Positions 1-10,300 of a DNA stretch of 64,000 bases are shown piece after piece. Origin of the DNA: Candidatus Hodarchaeota archaeon. GTDB taxonomy: Archaea; Asgardarchaeota; Heimdallarchaeia; Hodarchaeales; Hodarchaeaceae. The stretch is from assembly GCA_016840035.1 (NCBI GenBank), contig JAEOTC010000086.1, forward strand, positions 83,175 through 147,174, given 5' to 3'. Numbering within the stretch: the stretch's first letter is position 1; every line of letters starts with the position of its first letter. The notes under the pieces are model-generated. The model was not told where the DNA came from, did not search any database, and worked only from the letters and a program-made list of their open reading frames with translations. The position numbers were made by a program, and so were the translations under genes.

Positions 1-114
1 CCGGATTTCTCCCATGATTTGTTGATACGCTCGTGCAATATCACTCACATCGAGCATTTCATAGGTGATTTCATCACTTGTGAAATCCTTACCCTTTGCA
101 CTGGTGTTACTCAT
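1..114 (-). CDS. 5' fragment of a CDS running off the window, probably a MoxR-family AAA ATPase
   Basis: ATG at 114 gives MSNTSAKGKDFTSDEITYEMLDVSDIARAYQQIMGEIR with no stop. The MoxR call is inferred only from the DUF4350/DUF4129 context. Confidence 0.45.
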   Translation of the reverse strand, partial: MSNTSAKGKDFTSDEITYEMLDVSDIARAYQQIMGEIR

Positions 115-160
115 TTCTTCCACTTCTTATTTATTAGCATGTATTACAGTATATTTTTTA

Positions 161-1873
161 TTAACTTATTATAGATCCAATATTCTTAAGGAAAAAGTAG
201 TGATCGAGGAATTCCTCCTCAGTTATTAATGATCGGGTATCGATTATATTTTCAATTAGTGTAAAGTTTTCTGCGAGATTTTTATAGGAAAAATTCTCTG
301 GAAACTCATTTATTAAATAGGTCGCGATAACATCAGGAGTCAAATCCTCCTCTGGACTATAACGTTTGATGATATTTCGCTTCAGTCTTCTAAATATGAG
401 TTCAAGGCCCCTAGAATATTGCCTGTATTCAAGGAACCACCTCATTTTTACAGCAAAGAAGCTCCTTCCGTAATAACGTTCGACTCGTGTTAATAGTAAT
501 GGTTTTGCTTGTGTTTTTCTTGGTATGAATCTACGTGATAATATTAGTGCAATTGGTACAAGAAAAATTGCGAATAGGGGAAACATTGTTATCATATCCA
601 AGAATTTAAGATAAAGACTTAAGGGGAAAATCGGGGTTAATGGATTATTTGCTAAGTGTCCCTCATCAAAAATAATGGTCTGTCCTGGCCGCTCTTTCAT
701 CATAATTCGTATTACATTATCTGCAAATGCACGGTTGTCATAACGACTCGCCAGAGGATAATCTGCGTTATCAGAATCAATGTATTGGTTAATAAAGATT
801 GAAGGATCAGAACATAGAATAATTTGACCACCTAATGGGAAGGGAAAGTAAACAAATACTGGGAACCCTATGTTCGGATTTCCCCATTCATTGAGATTTG
901 GCTCGATATTGTTGACATCAGCTTTTGCACCAGAAATATCCGATTCCATCCATGCTTCGGTACTACTATAGAGAACAGCAATTTGAAGACTAATAGACAT
1001 ATCAGGGAGCTCAACTCCTGGAAATTGTTCACCTAAACTATCATAAGCTGAAGACGCCGAAGCTGGAAATTCTCCCATTGGAACCCATTTCGTAATATAC
1101 TCAGTGTCATTAAGATTTGACTGAGTATTGTTTGGATCGGGATAGCGAACTTTCATGGTTATGATAGAAGCAAAATTTCCGATTACTCCAGTTCCACTTA
1201 GACCTGTGGTGAAATCAGTAACCCAAGGAGCAGGCATCTTATAAGTTGTTCCTTCTTGAGAAGTACTGGGAGATTGAAAGATTGGAGTAAGTGGGGTACC
1301 ATCGTAACTCCCTTGATCCGCTAGTAAACTCCCATTAAATGCAATTCCTGCTATGGGAAATGGAATCGAAGTATTTTGACCAGATGTGCTGGTGTTCATA
1401 CCGAGAGGATTAGTACCCCCCGTATCACCAAATCCCATTGAACTCATATCTAATTGAGAGATAAATCCTAAAAAGATTGATAAAACACTGAGGATATCAT
1501 TTCCTGTCCCAAAATCATCTGCAATAATCACTCTACCGCCATTAATAGCATACATAAGTATAGCTAAGGATTCTGAAAAATCGTAATGAACAGATGGTCC
1601 AAGAATTATTAACGAGCCTTGATTCCCTCCAAGCTCTGTTTGATTTAATCGATTAAGGACGTTACTGCTTCCAACAATTGTTGATATCTCGGCCCCTTCC
1701 TCGACGAAAAGGTCTTTGAAAGTACTTGCACCGTTCCAACTGGTATTATATATTGAAAAATGTGTTGTGTTGTTAGTAAATAAAAATCCAAGCATTGATG
1801 CAGAAGCAAATGGATAAGATATGAATATGGCTAGAATAATAAGAGCACTTGTCGTTCTATTAATTTCAGCCAT
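161..1873 (-). CDS. DUF4350-like membrane protein
   Basis: N-terminal TM/signal, FSIYNTSWNGAS motif, GGRVIIADDFGTGN, IILCSDPSIFIN, IIFDEGH, C-terminal TM and cytoplasmic tail. Confidence 0.75.
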   Translation of the reverse strand: MAEINRTTSALIILAIFISYPFASASMLGFLFTNNTTHFSIYNTSWNGASTFKDLFVEEGAEISTIVGSSNVLNRLNQTELGGNQGSLIILGPSVHYDFSESLAILMYAINGGRVIIADDFGTGNDILSVLSIFLGFISQLDMSSMGFGDTGGTNPLGMNTSTSGQNTSIPFPIAGIAFNGSLLADQGSYDGTPLTPIFQSPSTSQEGTTYKMPAPWVTDFTTGLSGTGVIGNFASIITMKVRYPDPNNTQSNLNDTEYITKWVPMGEFPASASSAYDSLGEQFPGVELPDMSISLQIAVLYSSTEAWMESDISGAKADVNNIEPNLNEWGNPNIGFPVFVYFPFPLGGQIILCSDPSIFINQYIDSDNADYPLASRYDNRAFADNVIRIMMKERPGQTIIFDEGHLANNPLTPIFPLSLYLKFLDMITMFPLFAIFLVPIALILSRRFIPRKTQAKPLLLTRVERYYGRSFFAVKMRWFLEYRQYSRGLELIFRRLKRNIIKRYSPEEDLTPDVIATYLINEFPENFSYKNLAENFTLIENIIDTRSLITEEEFLDHYFFLKNIGSIIS

Positions 1874-1915
1874 GGAATCTCACTTGAATTAAAGTATTTG
1901 CACCGTTTTTATCCG

Positions 1916-2416
1916 TTATTCTGACATAGGAATTTCTCCAATTGAAGTTGCCATTTGGAGGAATTGATGAAGCCCTGATAAGCCATCCTTGAATTCTTGA
2001 TTGGTTAAAGGAGTTTGACCATATCGTGCTTTTTCAAATGCAATAATTATAGCATTAATTGCACTAGGATCAAGATCACCTCTGTTCATAAGCTTAACAC
2101 CAAGCTGTCTTGCAGATTCATTGGGTGCACGACCTACACCGAGAAATCCTTCGGAAGCTAAAGTCATTGTTTGCCACATTAGAACAGCTGCATCCTTAAA
2201 CATCTGTTGTCGTGCCAATTGTCTAATTTGTACAAGTCTTTGTTCAATTTCTTGTTCGAGAATCGTCTTTTTAGCTGCGGTAATTCCTAACGCGTCTATA
2301 ATTCGTTCACGAAAGTAATAGACTAAAGCACTGGCGACTATTAACACAACAAAAGCTAAGATGTAGAGTTCCGGGCCAATCTGAGCAAAGAAATTTAATC
2401 CTTTCATTCTTATCAC
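1916..2416 (-). CDS. DUF4129-domain membrane protein
   Basis: N-terminal TM, then PNESARQ...FEKARYG typical of DUF4129. Confidence 0.7.
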   Translation of the reverse strand: MIRMKGLNFFAQIGPELYILAFVVLIVASALVYYFRERIIDALGITAAKKTILEQEIEQRLVQIRQLARQQMFKDAAVLMWQTMTLASEGFLGVGRAPNESARQLGVKLMNRGDLDPSAINAIIIAFEKARYGQTPLTNQEFKDGLSGLHQFLQMATSIGEIPMSE

Positions 2417-2567
2417 TAATCTTTTTTGTTATTGGGTTCTAATTTTTATAAATCTTAATATGTTAATATTGTATTGGTAGAGAGATATGTTAATTTTACC
2501 TCATAATATTTTTTTCTTATAATTGTTCTGAAATCAATTATTTATTTTTCATAACTATAGATCATTT

Positions 2568-5500
2568 CTATCCTTTTCGTCGAGCTTTTACACGCTCAAA
2601 GATCACTGCAATTCCAATTCCACTGCCTAGGGCAATAATATCTAGTAAGATAAACTGAATTAGGTCTATTGGGCGTAATACACCAGGACCGCCAGAAGGG
2701 GGTTCTGTTGTTGTTGAAGGAACGTCAGTTGTAGTCACTGGGTGCAGTATGACAAAATTATCTGAATCAACTGAACGACTGTTGCCTGTGTTGTCAAATA
2801 CAGTGATTACTACCATATAGTTTCCATTATTCAAAATATCGGCATTTAAAGTTAGACTTGCATTTGTATCTGCGATTAAGGACACTTCTGTGTCAGTAGG
2901 ATCGTAAGTTTGAAGTTCTGTGTTATCATCAGCATTGAATAGAGTAAACCGTATGAAATCCACATTTATCCCACTTTTGAGATCATAAAATGAAACTCCA
3001 ATCTCAAATGTTCCTTCAGCAATAGTTGGAGGTGGATCTGCTTCAATCAATAATGCTGGAACTTCATCTTCTAATTCGATTGTTAAAACTGTTTCATTAG
3101 CATTTCCTGCTGTGTCCGAAACAGTTACTATTAATTCCCAAGTAGTTTGGAGTAAGTCGAATGTGGAATTTCTGATTAAAAAGGTGGTATCAAAGATATT
3201 CCAGTTATAATTAAAGGAATTACCACTTACATTTAGTGCAACATTGTTCAAGCTTAATACTGGCACATCACCTTGAGGTTGAATGTCTAAACTCACACTT
3301 GGATTATTTACACCAGAATCACGTCCCGTACTTGAACTTGAATCGGAAATCGTTCCAGAAATTAATATATCACCGTTGGAATTCATGGTAGCGTATACGG
3401 TACTATCTGAAGTTATGGAGGAAGCACTAATTGTAGCCATCGGATCAACAACGTCAATTACGGCATAAAAGGAAACATTACGAAGATTTCTGGCGTTATC
3501 ATATGCAGTTATTGAGATAAAGTACGTTTGATCAACTGCACTAGATGTATCCCAGTCAAAAGTGAATCTGGTATTTGTGATATTGGTCATTGAAAAGCTC
3601 GCCCCATCAATAGTAATCATAATCGAGCTATAATTCATTCCAAGGGAAACATAACCTATACCAGTATCCCTATCTGGATCAAAAATATCAGCGAAAATTT
3701 GTGTTATAGGATTATTCGGCTGTGCGATAGTTTCTATGTTTGAAGGACCCATTAGAGTGATACTAGGTGCCGTATCGTCTATAGCAATCCAGTTAAAAGT
3801 AACTATAAAGGTTGTTGAGAGGGTTGTTCCATTATCTAATCTATGTGAGAGACTCCAAATCCATGAGACACTAGTAAACCCAGTAAAAGTGTGATCAAAA
3901 TTAAATGCTCCACCACTTCCGGCATCTACTGACGGAAAACTACCATTCCAATCGTCATTAAGCTCTTTCCCCACTAATCCTCGATTGATCTGATCTACAA
4001 AATCTCCAAGAATATTGATTTGCCGATGAGAATCACCCACAATATAGTAGGTACCACCATTCGCAATTGGAATTGTAGAACCGTTTGCAGGGAGATAAAT
4101 CTCAAACGAGGAAATACTAATGGCATTGTATACGTTTAATGGTTGTGCAAAAAATCGGGGGCGATAATGAATGAGTCCAGGTCCCCAAACGACCTTGGAT
4201 CTAATAGAAATTCCATTTAATGGATAGGTAGTTGGTATTTGATAAGATAATGTGAAACTTCCAGAGGTCAGACTTCCAAAGCTTGGACTTCCTACTTCTT
4301 GTGAACCGTCATAACCAATATTACGCATTAAACCGATAAATTGAGATGAATCAACAATTGAATTTTGGTCGTCACGGATGGTTCCAGAGGAAATCACACT
4401 CTCTCCAACAAAGACTGAATTTCCATCATATCCGCTTAAGGTATGACCAGATATAGATAACCATGATATTAACCTAACATTTGTGATCGGATTACGGTTC
4501 TCTTGGGGAGTAGGAGTTGCCGGATCCCAACCATAGATTTGAATATCCTGCAATTGAGTAGATCCTGGAATCGTAATGATAGCTGAAAATTCCCCATTAG
4601 CATCAGTAACAACATTAGTTAGTGTTATCGTTTGTGAGGAAGGAATCGTGATATTATAAGCAAGGCGTACCGTTGTAAAGGGAACACCCATACTCGCTAC
4701 TGGATCATAATAGCTACCTGAAATATTGACTGAGGTTGTCCCCCGATATACCTCGTAATAACCAGTTGTTGCATTTAAACCTGCATCTGGATGAGTTCCG
4801 TCAGTAATATCGTTAATTGGATCTTGAATTAGAACTTGAATTCGATCGACATTTTTTACTTCAAAATTAAATGTCGCTGATGAGATGGTATTTGTGTGTG
4901 AACCATTAACCCAAACTCCTGATAGCTCTCCAGAGGGCACAGAGGAATGAGATATATTGTAAGTTAATCCTTGTGCATCGCCAAAATGAGCAGTAGCATT
5001 CACTGTATACCATTTTTCGGGAGTAGTTCCTGTTGGCTGAAGAGAGAATATTGCTTTACTAACAGCTGAATCTTGGTAGCTTCCAACTGGAATGACATTC
5101 ATATTGATGGTGGGATCTCCTGGAAGTTTACCATCTACTTGGATGGAAATATTAACATCATCAATATTCGGAAAAACTGTTCCTGCTCCACTCAAATAAA
5201 GTGTAAATTCAATATTTATCCATTCAGTCTGGCCAATTCGAGTAACGGGATTATCGGCCGGATAGGCAGTAATTTCGCCAAAGAAATATTGGGGATTAAC
5301 TGTTACTGTTTCTTCGACATCTGAGTATGAGGTACTAGAATAGAAGCTGGGATTGGTTGCTTTTTGTCCTACCAACCAGACGCCAGGGTCTGAAGTTAAG
5401 TCAGCTGTTGCATTAATTACTATATCAAGGATTTTCGGGGTTGTAAGAAAAGTTGTGGTTAATTGTATCGTAACATAGCCTGAACCATTTGTCGTAGAGC

Positions 5501-7706
5501 CTCCTACATAGACGAAGGATACACCCGCATAGACTCCTCCAAAAACAACGCTTACATCTACTCCTGCGAGTCCTGCTCCTCCTCCTTCCTGCTGAACTCT
5601 AAAGTCTATCTCAAGAACATCTCCAGAACGTATCGTTGTATCTCCAGACTCATTTGTTGTTGCCAGAATGATCTCATAGGTTGTGAAATTTGGATCGATG
5701 TTTAGATTCGTGTCTTGTTTAGTTCTCCAAGATTTATTCCATTGGGCAAATGTAGCTGTTCCTTGATGTTGATCACCAATCCAACGGACTTGTGAATCAT
5801 TTTCAAAATCAACTGTAAGGTCTAATATAATCGTTTTCAATATTTCAGGAGTAGTAAGGTAAATTGAATTTACTGTAACTTCTATCATTCCACTTGAATC
5901 AGTATACCGGTAACCGTTTGCATAAAGGGGATTTCGCAGAGCATTAAATGATAAAGAAACACCTGGAGTGACTTGATTTAATTCAATCTTCACTGGAACA
6001 CCTGAGAAATCGTCTAGTGTTGAAGTAGAATTCACCTCAAATACGAGTGTGGATGATTCTCCTGGACGAATACTTGATGCTGTGATAGAATTTAGATGAA
6101 TATCGCCTATCCAGAATTCAGGATCGATACTGATCATATCACCCCCCGATGATACATCAAGGGCTCCACCAGAACTTCTTATGTACATATGGAAGTTATT
6201 TGGATAACTACTGGGATAAGCTCCTCCAGGGAAGTCAGAATTGCGTAAATCTGCAAATGCGGTTATTATTGGTGTTTTAGATTGGTATGGGATTGGAAAA
6301 CCGGCTGTGACAACAAATTGAACCATTCCGCTTCCATTTGTTTGTGCCCATCCTGTTCCATTATCGAGAAATCCAGTGCCAAATTGGAGATCAACTCCCG
6401 TTGGATACGAATCTAGAGACGCATTTATCGGGATTCCTGCAACTTGGTACACATCACTAGTGTATACGTAATCAATATTCACTCGAAATGTTACCAACGT
6501 CGAGTTTACATTTGGGGGATCGATCGAGGATGAGGGTACAGCAGATACAAGCTCCAAGCTAGCGATATCCATTTCATTTTGAACTGTAAAATTGGAAGTA
6601 CTGGATACCCAGTTGGTTGTAGGATCTGATCCATCATAATTTTCTGTAAAATAACCAGAGACTGGATCTATTGTGGTGTTAAGAATGAAGTAATAATCAT
6701 TTTCTGGAGTTGTTGGATAAGTAGTTGTAACATTTAACCGTAGCTCACCGTTCGTGTCAGTTGTCGTACTTGGTAAGCTGGTGGTCATATCTAAGAGATT
6801 GTAGTTTATTCCCTGTCCTCCATTAGGTATAAGAGTGTGTGTAGCACCATTACGGAGCTCTACATCAACAGTTAAGCCCGAGATGGGTGTTGTACCTGAT
6901 TGAGCTTTGAGTACTACAGTTGCTTCCTCTCCCTGACGAAAAGTACTATCGCTGCTGGCAGTATTTACAAATCCTGGACTTGTTTCTGCAAGGGTAGAAA
7001 AACCACTAACAATGAAATAATCAACTTTGGCGAATGCGTTTACATTCTCGATCTCCGCTGTTACATTCGAACTCCCTCCAGGATAATATTGGTAGATAGA
7101 AACATTATCTCCAGGTGAAATCCCATAGGTATTGGTTAATTCAGACATATCAGGTATAGCAAATGATACATCGATAATTCCTTCAGTTAAATCAAAAGAG
7201 ATTGATGGAACAGTGGGTGTACCATTCGTTTTTGCCGTTGTAATTAAGTGATTTGCGTCTGTAAGATCACCATAATCATGTTTATGCAAATAAATACTAA
7301 TAACCTGAGAAACAATTGCTAAAGGTCCTGTTTGTGAACTATTAAATCGATTAGTGACACTGATAGTTTCTCCTGGGAAATAAATGGCTTTATCAGGATC
7401 AATTGATGTTATTGAGTAATAGGGAGAGTTTAGCGAATCCTTATTGCGATAGATCCCTGATTGGGGAACAGAGGGAGTGTATGAAAAAGGTTCACGTAAA
7501 GAAGTTAAAGATTGATTCGTTGATTGATCCTCCTGAGGAAGATTATATCCAAGAAAGGGTAAAAGGAGGGAAGACATAGTTAAGAGAGGAACGATTAGTA
7601 AAAACGAGTATAACGACGATAAACCTTTTAGTTTTGCTGACAAATTCAATTCACCAAACAGAGAATGGATTAGAACCAAGATAAACGTCGGAGTGTTCAC
7701 TATCAT
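2568..7706 (-). CDS. Giant Ig-like repeat cell-surface protein with C-terminal TM anchor
   Basis: 1712 aa, S/T-rich and beta-type. Repeats such as TDxxG..TTxYxTTP and DxxxP..DxAGN, a PT linker, TM and basic tail. True start may be slightly downstream. Confidence 0.8.
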   Translation of the reverse strand: MIVNTPTFILVLIHSLFGELNLSAKLKGLSSLYSFLLIVPLLTMSSLLLPFLGYNLPQEDQSTNQSLTSLREPFSYTPSVPQSGIYRNKDSLNSPYYSITSIDPDKAIYFPGETISVTNRFNSSQTGPLAIVSQVISIYLHKHDYGDLTDANHLITTAKTNGTPTVPSISFDLTEGIIDVSFAIPDMSELTNTYGISPGDNVSIYQYYPGGSSNVTAEIENVNAFAKVDYFIVSGFSTLAETSPGFVNTASSDSTFRQGEEATVVLKAQSGTTPISGLTVDVELRNGATHTLIPNGGQGINYNLLDMTTSLPSTTTDTNGELRLNVTTTYPTTPENDYYFILNTTIDPVSGYFTENYDGSDPTTNWVSSTSNFTVQNEMDIASLELVSAVPSSSIDPPNVNSTLVTFRVNIDYVYTSDVYQVAGIPINASLDSYPTGVDLQFGTGFLDNGTGWAQTNGSGMVQFVVTAGFPIPYQSKTPIITAFADLRNSDFPGGAYPSSYPNNFHMYIRSSGGALDVSSGGDMISIDPEFWIGDIHLNSITASSIRPGESSTLVFEVNSTSTLDDFSGVPVKIELNQVTPGVSLSFNALRNPLYANGYRYTDSSGMIEVTVNSIYLTTPEILKTIILDLTVDFENDSQVRWIGDQHQGTATFAQWNKSWRTKQDTNLNIDPNFTTYEIILATTNESGDTTIRSGDVLEIDFRVQQEGGGAGLAGVDVSVVFGGVYAGVSFVYVGGSTTNGSGYVTIQLTTTFLTTPKILDIVINATADLTSDPGVWLVGQKATNPSFYSSTSYSDVEETVTVNPQYFFGEITAYPADNPVTRIGQTEWINIEFTLYLSGAGTVFPNIDDVNISIQVDGKLPGDPTINMNVIPVGSYQDSAVSKAIFSLQPTGTTPEKWYTVNATAHFGDAQGLTYNISHSSVPSGELSGVWVNGSHTNTISSATFNFEVKNVDRIQVLIQDPINDITDGTHPDAGLNATTGYYEVYRGTTSVNISGSYYDPVASMGVPFTTVRLAYNITIPSSQTITLTNVVTDANGEFSAIITIPGSTQLQDIQIYGWDPATPTPQENRNPITNVRLISWLSISGHTLSGYDGNSVFVGESVISSGTIRDDQNSIVDSSQFIGLMRNIGYDGSQEVGSPSFGSLTSGSFTLSYQIPTTYPLNGISIRSKVVWGPGLIHYRPRFFAQPLNVYNAISISSFEIYLPANGSTIPIANGGTYYIVGDSHRQINILGDFVDQINRGLVGKELNDDWNGSFPSVDAGSGGAFNFDHTFTGFTSVSWIWSLSHRLDNGTTLSTTFIVTFNWIAIDDTAPSITLMGPSNIETIAQPNNPITQIFADIFDPDRDTGIGYVSLGMNYSSIMITIDGASFSMTNITNTRFTFDWDTSSAVDQTYFISITAYDNARNLRNVSFYAVIDVVDPMATISASSITSDSTVYATMNSNGDILISGTISDSSSSTGRDSGVNNPSVSLDIQPQGDVPVLSLNNVALNVSGNSFNYNWNIFDTTFLIRNSTFDLLQTTWELIVTVSDTAGNANETVLTIELEDEVPALLIEADPPPTIAEGTFEIGVSFYDLKSGINVDFIRFTLFNADDNTELQTYDPTDTEVSLIADTNASLTLNADILNNGNYMVVITVFDNTGNSRSVDSDNFVILHPVTTTDVPSTTTEPPSGGPGVLRPIDLIQFILLDIIALGSGIGIAVIFERVKARRKG

Positions 7707-8186
7707 TAAATTTGAGCCAGTAGTGAAGAAACTCTCCGTATAGTCGTTTTATGTAATCCTGTATTAATTAATGTTGCCTAATTCGGTTGAGAAGTTTCTA
7801 TTGTAAAATATTACTATAGGTTCTTTCTCGTGACTTTTTTACACGAAATCTTACTCTGTGCCAGTATAAAAGAAAAATTGAGTTTATTTCCTGATATAAA
7901 TCCTGTAAAGCTACGGTATTGTGACCTGCTAGAAGATCTAAAATATCTCCATATTTAAAATTCTGTTTCTATAAGTTAAACTTAACTACTTATATTTTCA
8001 CGGAAAAATCTTCCTCAGTAGATTTAATAGTGTGTAAATCAGACAATTCTTAGGAATCAATACTTAGAAATATTTATCGTTATATATTAGTAATAGAATT
8101 AGAAGTTATCTTATTGTTAAGTAATACCAGCAATTCGAATATTTATATATGATGTGGGTTTTACTCTATTTGCGGAGTCATTCTTA

Positions 8187-8936
8187 ATGGTTTTATTCAA
8201 GGGAAGTAAAGTTAAGAAAGGTCAGGAAGAGTTCGATCAAGGCATGGCTTATTATGAAACTCAACGATATGATGAGGCCGTGGAGAAATTTAAACGGTCT
8301 GCAAAACTCTTTAATGATGGTGATGAGAAAAAGTTGAGTAAAAGAGCTGAAGCATTCAAACTTTGCGCCTATGGCTATACCGATATGATCCAGATGAATT
8401 TCTTAGAGGCAATTCGTTCTTTTGGCAAAGCAAATGTAATATTCTCAACTGAAGGTTTTTTAGATGAAGCTAAACACGCAAGAACGGTTCAAGCACAAAC
8501 TCAAGGAGAATTAGCTAAATCTAAGGCTCAGAATGGGGATTTCATTGAATCCGCCAGATTATATGAATCTGCGGGGGCATTATATTCAACCACAGGGTTA
8601 GAGATGGAGGCAGCCAAAGCTCGTGCGCGTTCCTTTGTTCAACGAGCTGCTGCAATGGAATCAGATTTTGACAAAGCATATTATTTAGAACGAGCCGTTG
8701 AGGAATTCAAGAAAGGTAGGGAAGATGCTACTCGATATGAGGCACTTGCATTATATAGTAAAGCCAAATCTCTTATTAGTGCTCGTGAAAACATGAAAGA
8801 AGCCATTGATTTACTAGTACAAGCCCACGAGAAGTATGTCAAGGTTGGAAGCACATCTCAAACCGAGAAAGTAAAACTCTTATTAGAAGACCTAACAGAA
8901 CAAGTAAAGATTCGTCCATCTGAATTTGGAGTGTAA
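8187..8936 (+). CDS. TPR/SNAP-like all-helical protein
   Basis: Repeated AxxxYxxAxxxY/F helical motifs. ATG at 8187 preferred over the GTG at 8154. Confidence 0.65.
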   Translation: MVLFKGSKVKKGQEEFDQGMAYYETQRYDEAVEKFKRSAKLFNDGDEKKLSKRAEAFKLCAYGYTDMIQMNFLEAIRSFGKANVIFSTEGFLDEAKHARTVQAQTQGELAKSKAQNGDFIESARLYESAGALYSTTGLEMEAAKARARSFVQRAAAMESDFDKAYYLERAVEEFKKGREDATRYEALALYSKAKSLISARENMKEAIDLLVQAHEKYVKVGSTSQTEKVKLLLEDLTEQVKIRPSEFGV

Positions 8937-8991
8937 CAAAAAACAAATAATTTAGCCTGTGATGATTTGTTAAAAGGCACAGATTACCAAT

Positions 8992-9792
8992 ATGAAGAGC
9001 GATGAGCGGTCTGAGGCTATTTTCCTTTTAAACTGGAGCCAAGCTACAGTGAACATCAGTATATTTCCTCTAAGGGATTTTCCTCTTATTAATCCTGGTG
9101 ATCCACTAGCAGATATTATTGTGGATGAACTACGAAAGATGGACCTGAAGGATAGAGATATCATTGTAATTGCGCATACTATTGTTTCAAAAGCAGAGAA
9201 TAAAGTTTTTGATTTAGAAACAATAACTCCAAGTCCGTTTGCGTTAGAGATCGGTAAAAGGCAGGAAAAGGATCCACGTAAAATCGAAGTGATTTTACGT
9301 GAAAGTAGCGAAATCATTCGTATGAATGATAATGTTCTGATAACAGCAACCCACCATGGATTTATCTGTGCTAATAGTGGAATAGATAAATCTAATACAC
9401 CTGGAGAAACGGTAATCTCTCTTCCTGATGATCCTGATTCTTCTGCTAGACAAATAAGGGAGGTTATTAAGAAAAAATTAGAGAAGGATGTTGCTATAAT
9501 AATCTCTGATACCTTCGGTCGCCCTTTAAGAGTAGGCACTGTTAATTTTGCTATAGGATTAGCTGGGATCGCCCCTTTAGAAGACATTCGGGGTAAAAAA
9601 GATCTATTTGGTTATGAATTAAAATCAACAATTATAGCAAGGGTTGATGAGGTGGCTGCAGCTGCGGGTATAGTTATGGGGCAAGCTGATGAAGGAACAC
9701 CGATTATTATAGTAAGAGGGGTTGAATATTCAATCAGCAATGAGTCTGCACGAGAATTGATACGCGAACCAACAAAAGATGTCTTCCGATAA
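8992..9792 (+). CDS. cofE: Coenzyme F420:L-glutamate ligase
   Basis: IVSKAE, ICANSGIDKSN, ISDTFGRPLRVG, VMGQADEGTP motifs. Confidence 0.9.
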   Translation: MKSDERSEAIFLLNWSQATVNISIFPLRDFPLINPGDPLADIIVDELRKMDLKDRDIIVIAHTIVSKAENKVFDLETITPSPFALEIGKRQEKDPRKIEVILRESSEIIRMNDNVLITATHHGFICANSGIDKSNTPGETVISLPDDPDSSARQIREVIKKKLEKDVAIIISDTFGRPLRVGTVNFAIGLAGIAPLEDIRGKKDLFGYELKSTIIARVDEVAAAAGIVMGQADEGTPIIIVRGVEYSISNESARELIREPTKDVFR

Positions 9793-9856
9793 ATAAAAAA
9801 CAATAAGGGGAATGCTATTCCTCAGACGTTAGTTACATCCTACCGTGTTAACATAA

Positions 9857-9958
9857 GCGCCGATAGTCTAGTCTGGTAGGACTTCACCCTCCCAAGGTGA
9901 TAGCCCGGGTTCAAATGGGTTTCTCTGTCGAGATATTCTGAAATTCCCGGTCGGCGCA
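9857..9958 (+). tRNA. tRNA-Gly(CCC) with 29-nt BHB intron at 59/60 (9916-9944)
   Basis: Acceptor GCGCCGA/TCGGCGC; anticodon arm TCACC-CTCCCAA-GGTGA; T arm CCGGG-TTCAAA[intron]T-CCCGG. Confidence 0.92.
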
Positions 9959-9984
9959 TTTAATCTCGAGTGGACTGATATTAC

Positions 9985-10269
9985 ATGGAAATATTGTTTG
10001 TTTTTCTTGGTTCTTTACAATATGACTTAGGTCATATGGAATTATCCCAGAAATTTGAGGAAGGTATATCTGTAAAGGCCGCAGTTCAAGAACTTTCCAA
10101 AATATCAGAATTTAAAGATATAAATAAATACTTCACTGATTCTTATGAATCCACAAGATCAATAATCATCTTTCTAAATGAACAGGATATTTCTGTGCTG
10201 AAAGGGATGGATTCTACACTTCAACAAGGTGACAAACTTACATTTATTCCAGTAATTCATGGAGGATAA
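9985..10269 (+). CDS. Ubiquitin-like sulfur carrier (MoaD/SAMP/Urm1 family)
   Basis: 94 aa beta-grasp pattern, C-terminal FIPVIHGG. Confidence 0.85.
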   Translation: MEILFVFLGSLQYDLGHMELSQKFEEGISVKAAVQELSKISEFKDINKYFTDSYESTRSIIIFLNEQDISVLKGMDSTLQQGDKLTFIPVIHGG

Positions 10270-10300
10270 TTTTTACTGTTTAATAGGTAGGTAGCTAATA

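Noticed and set aside
8970-9587. 205-aa minus-strand ORF
   Set aside because: Antisense shadow of cofE. The same applies to the other short ORFs nested opposite long genes (for example 2121, 3283, 5073, 14297, 17968, 23530, 40983, 49783, 58121, 59821).
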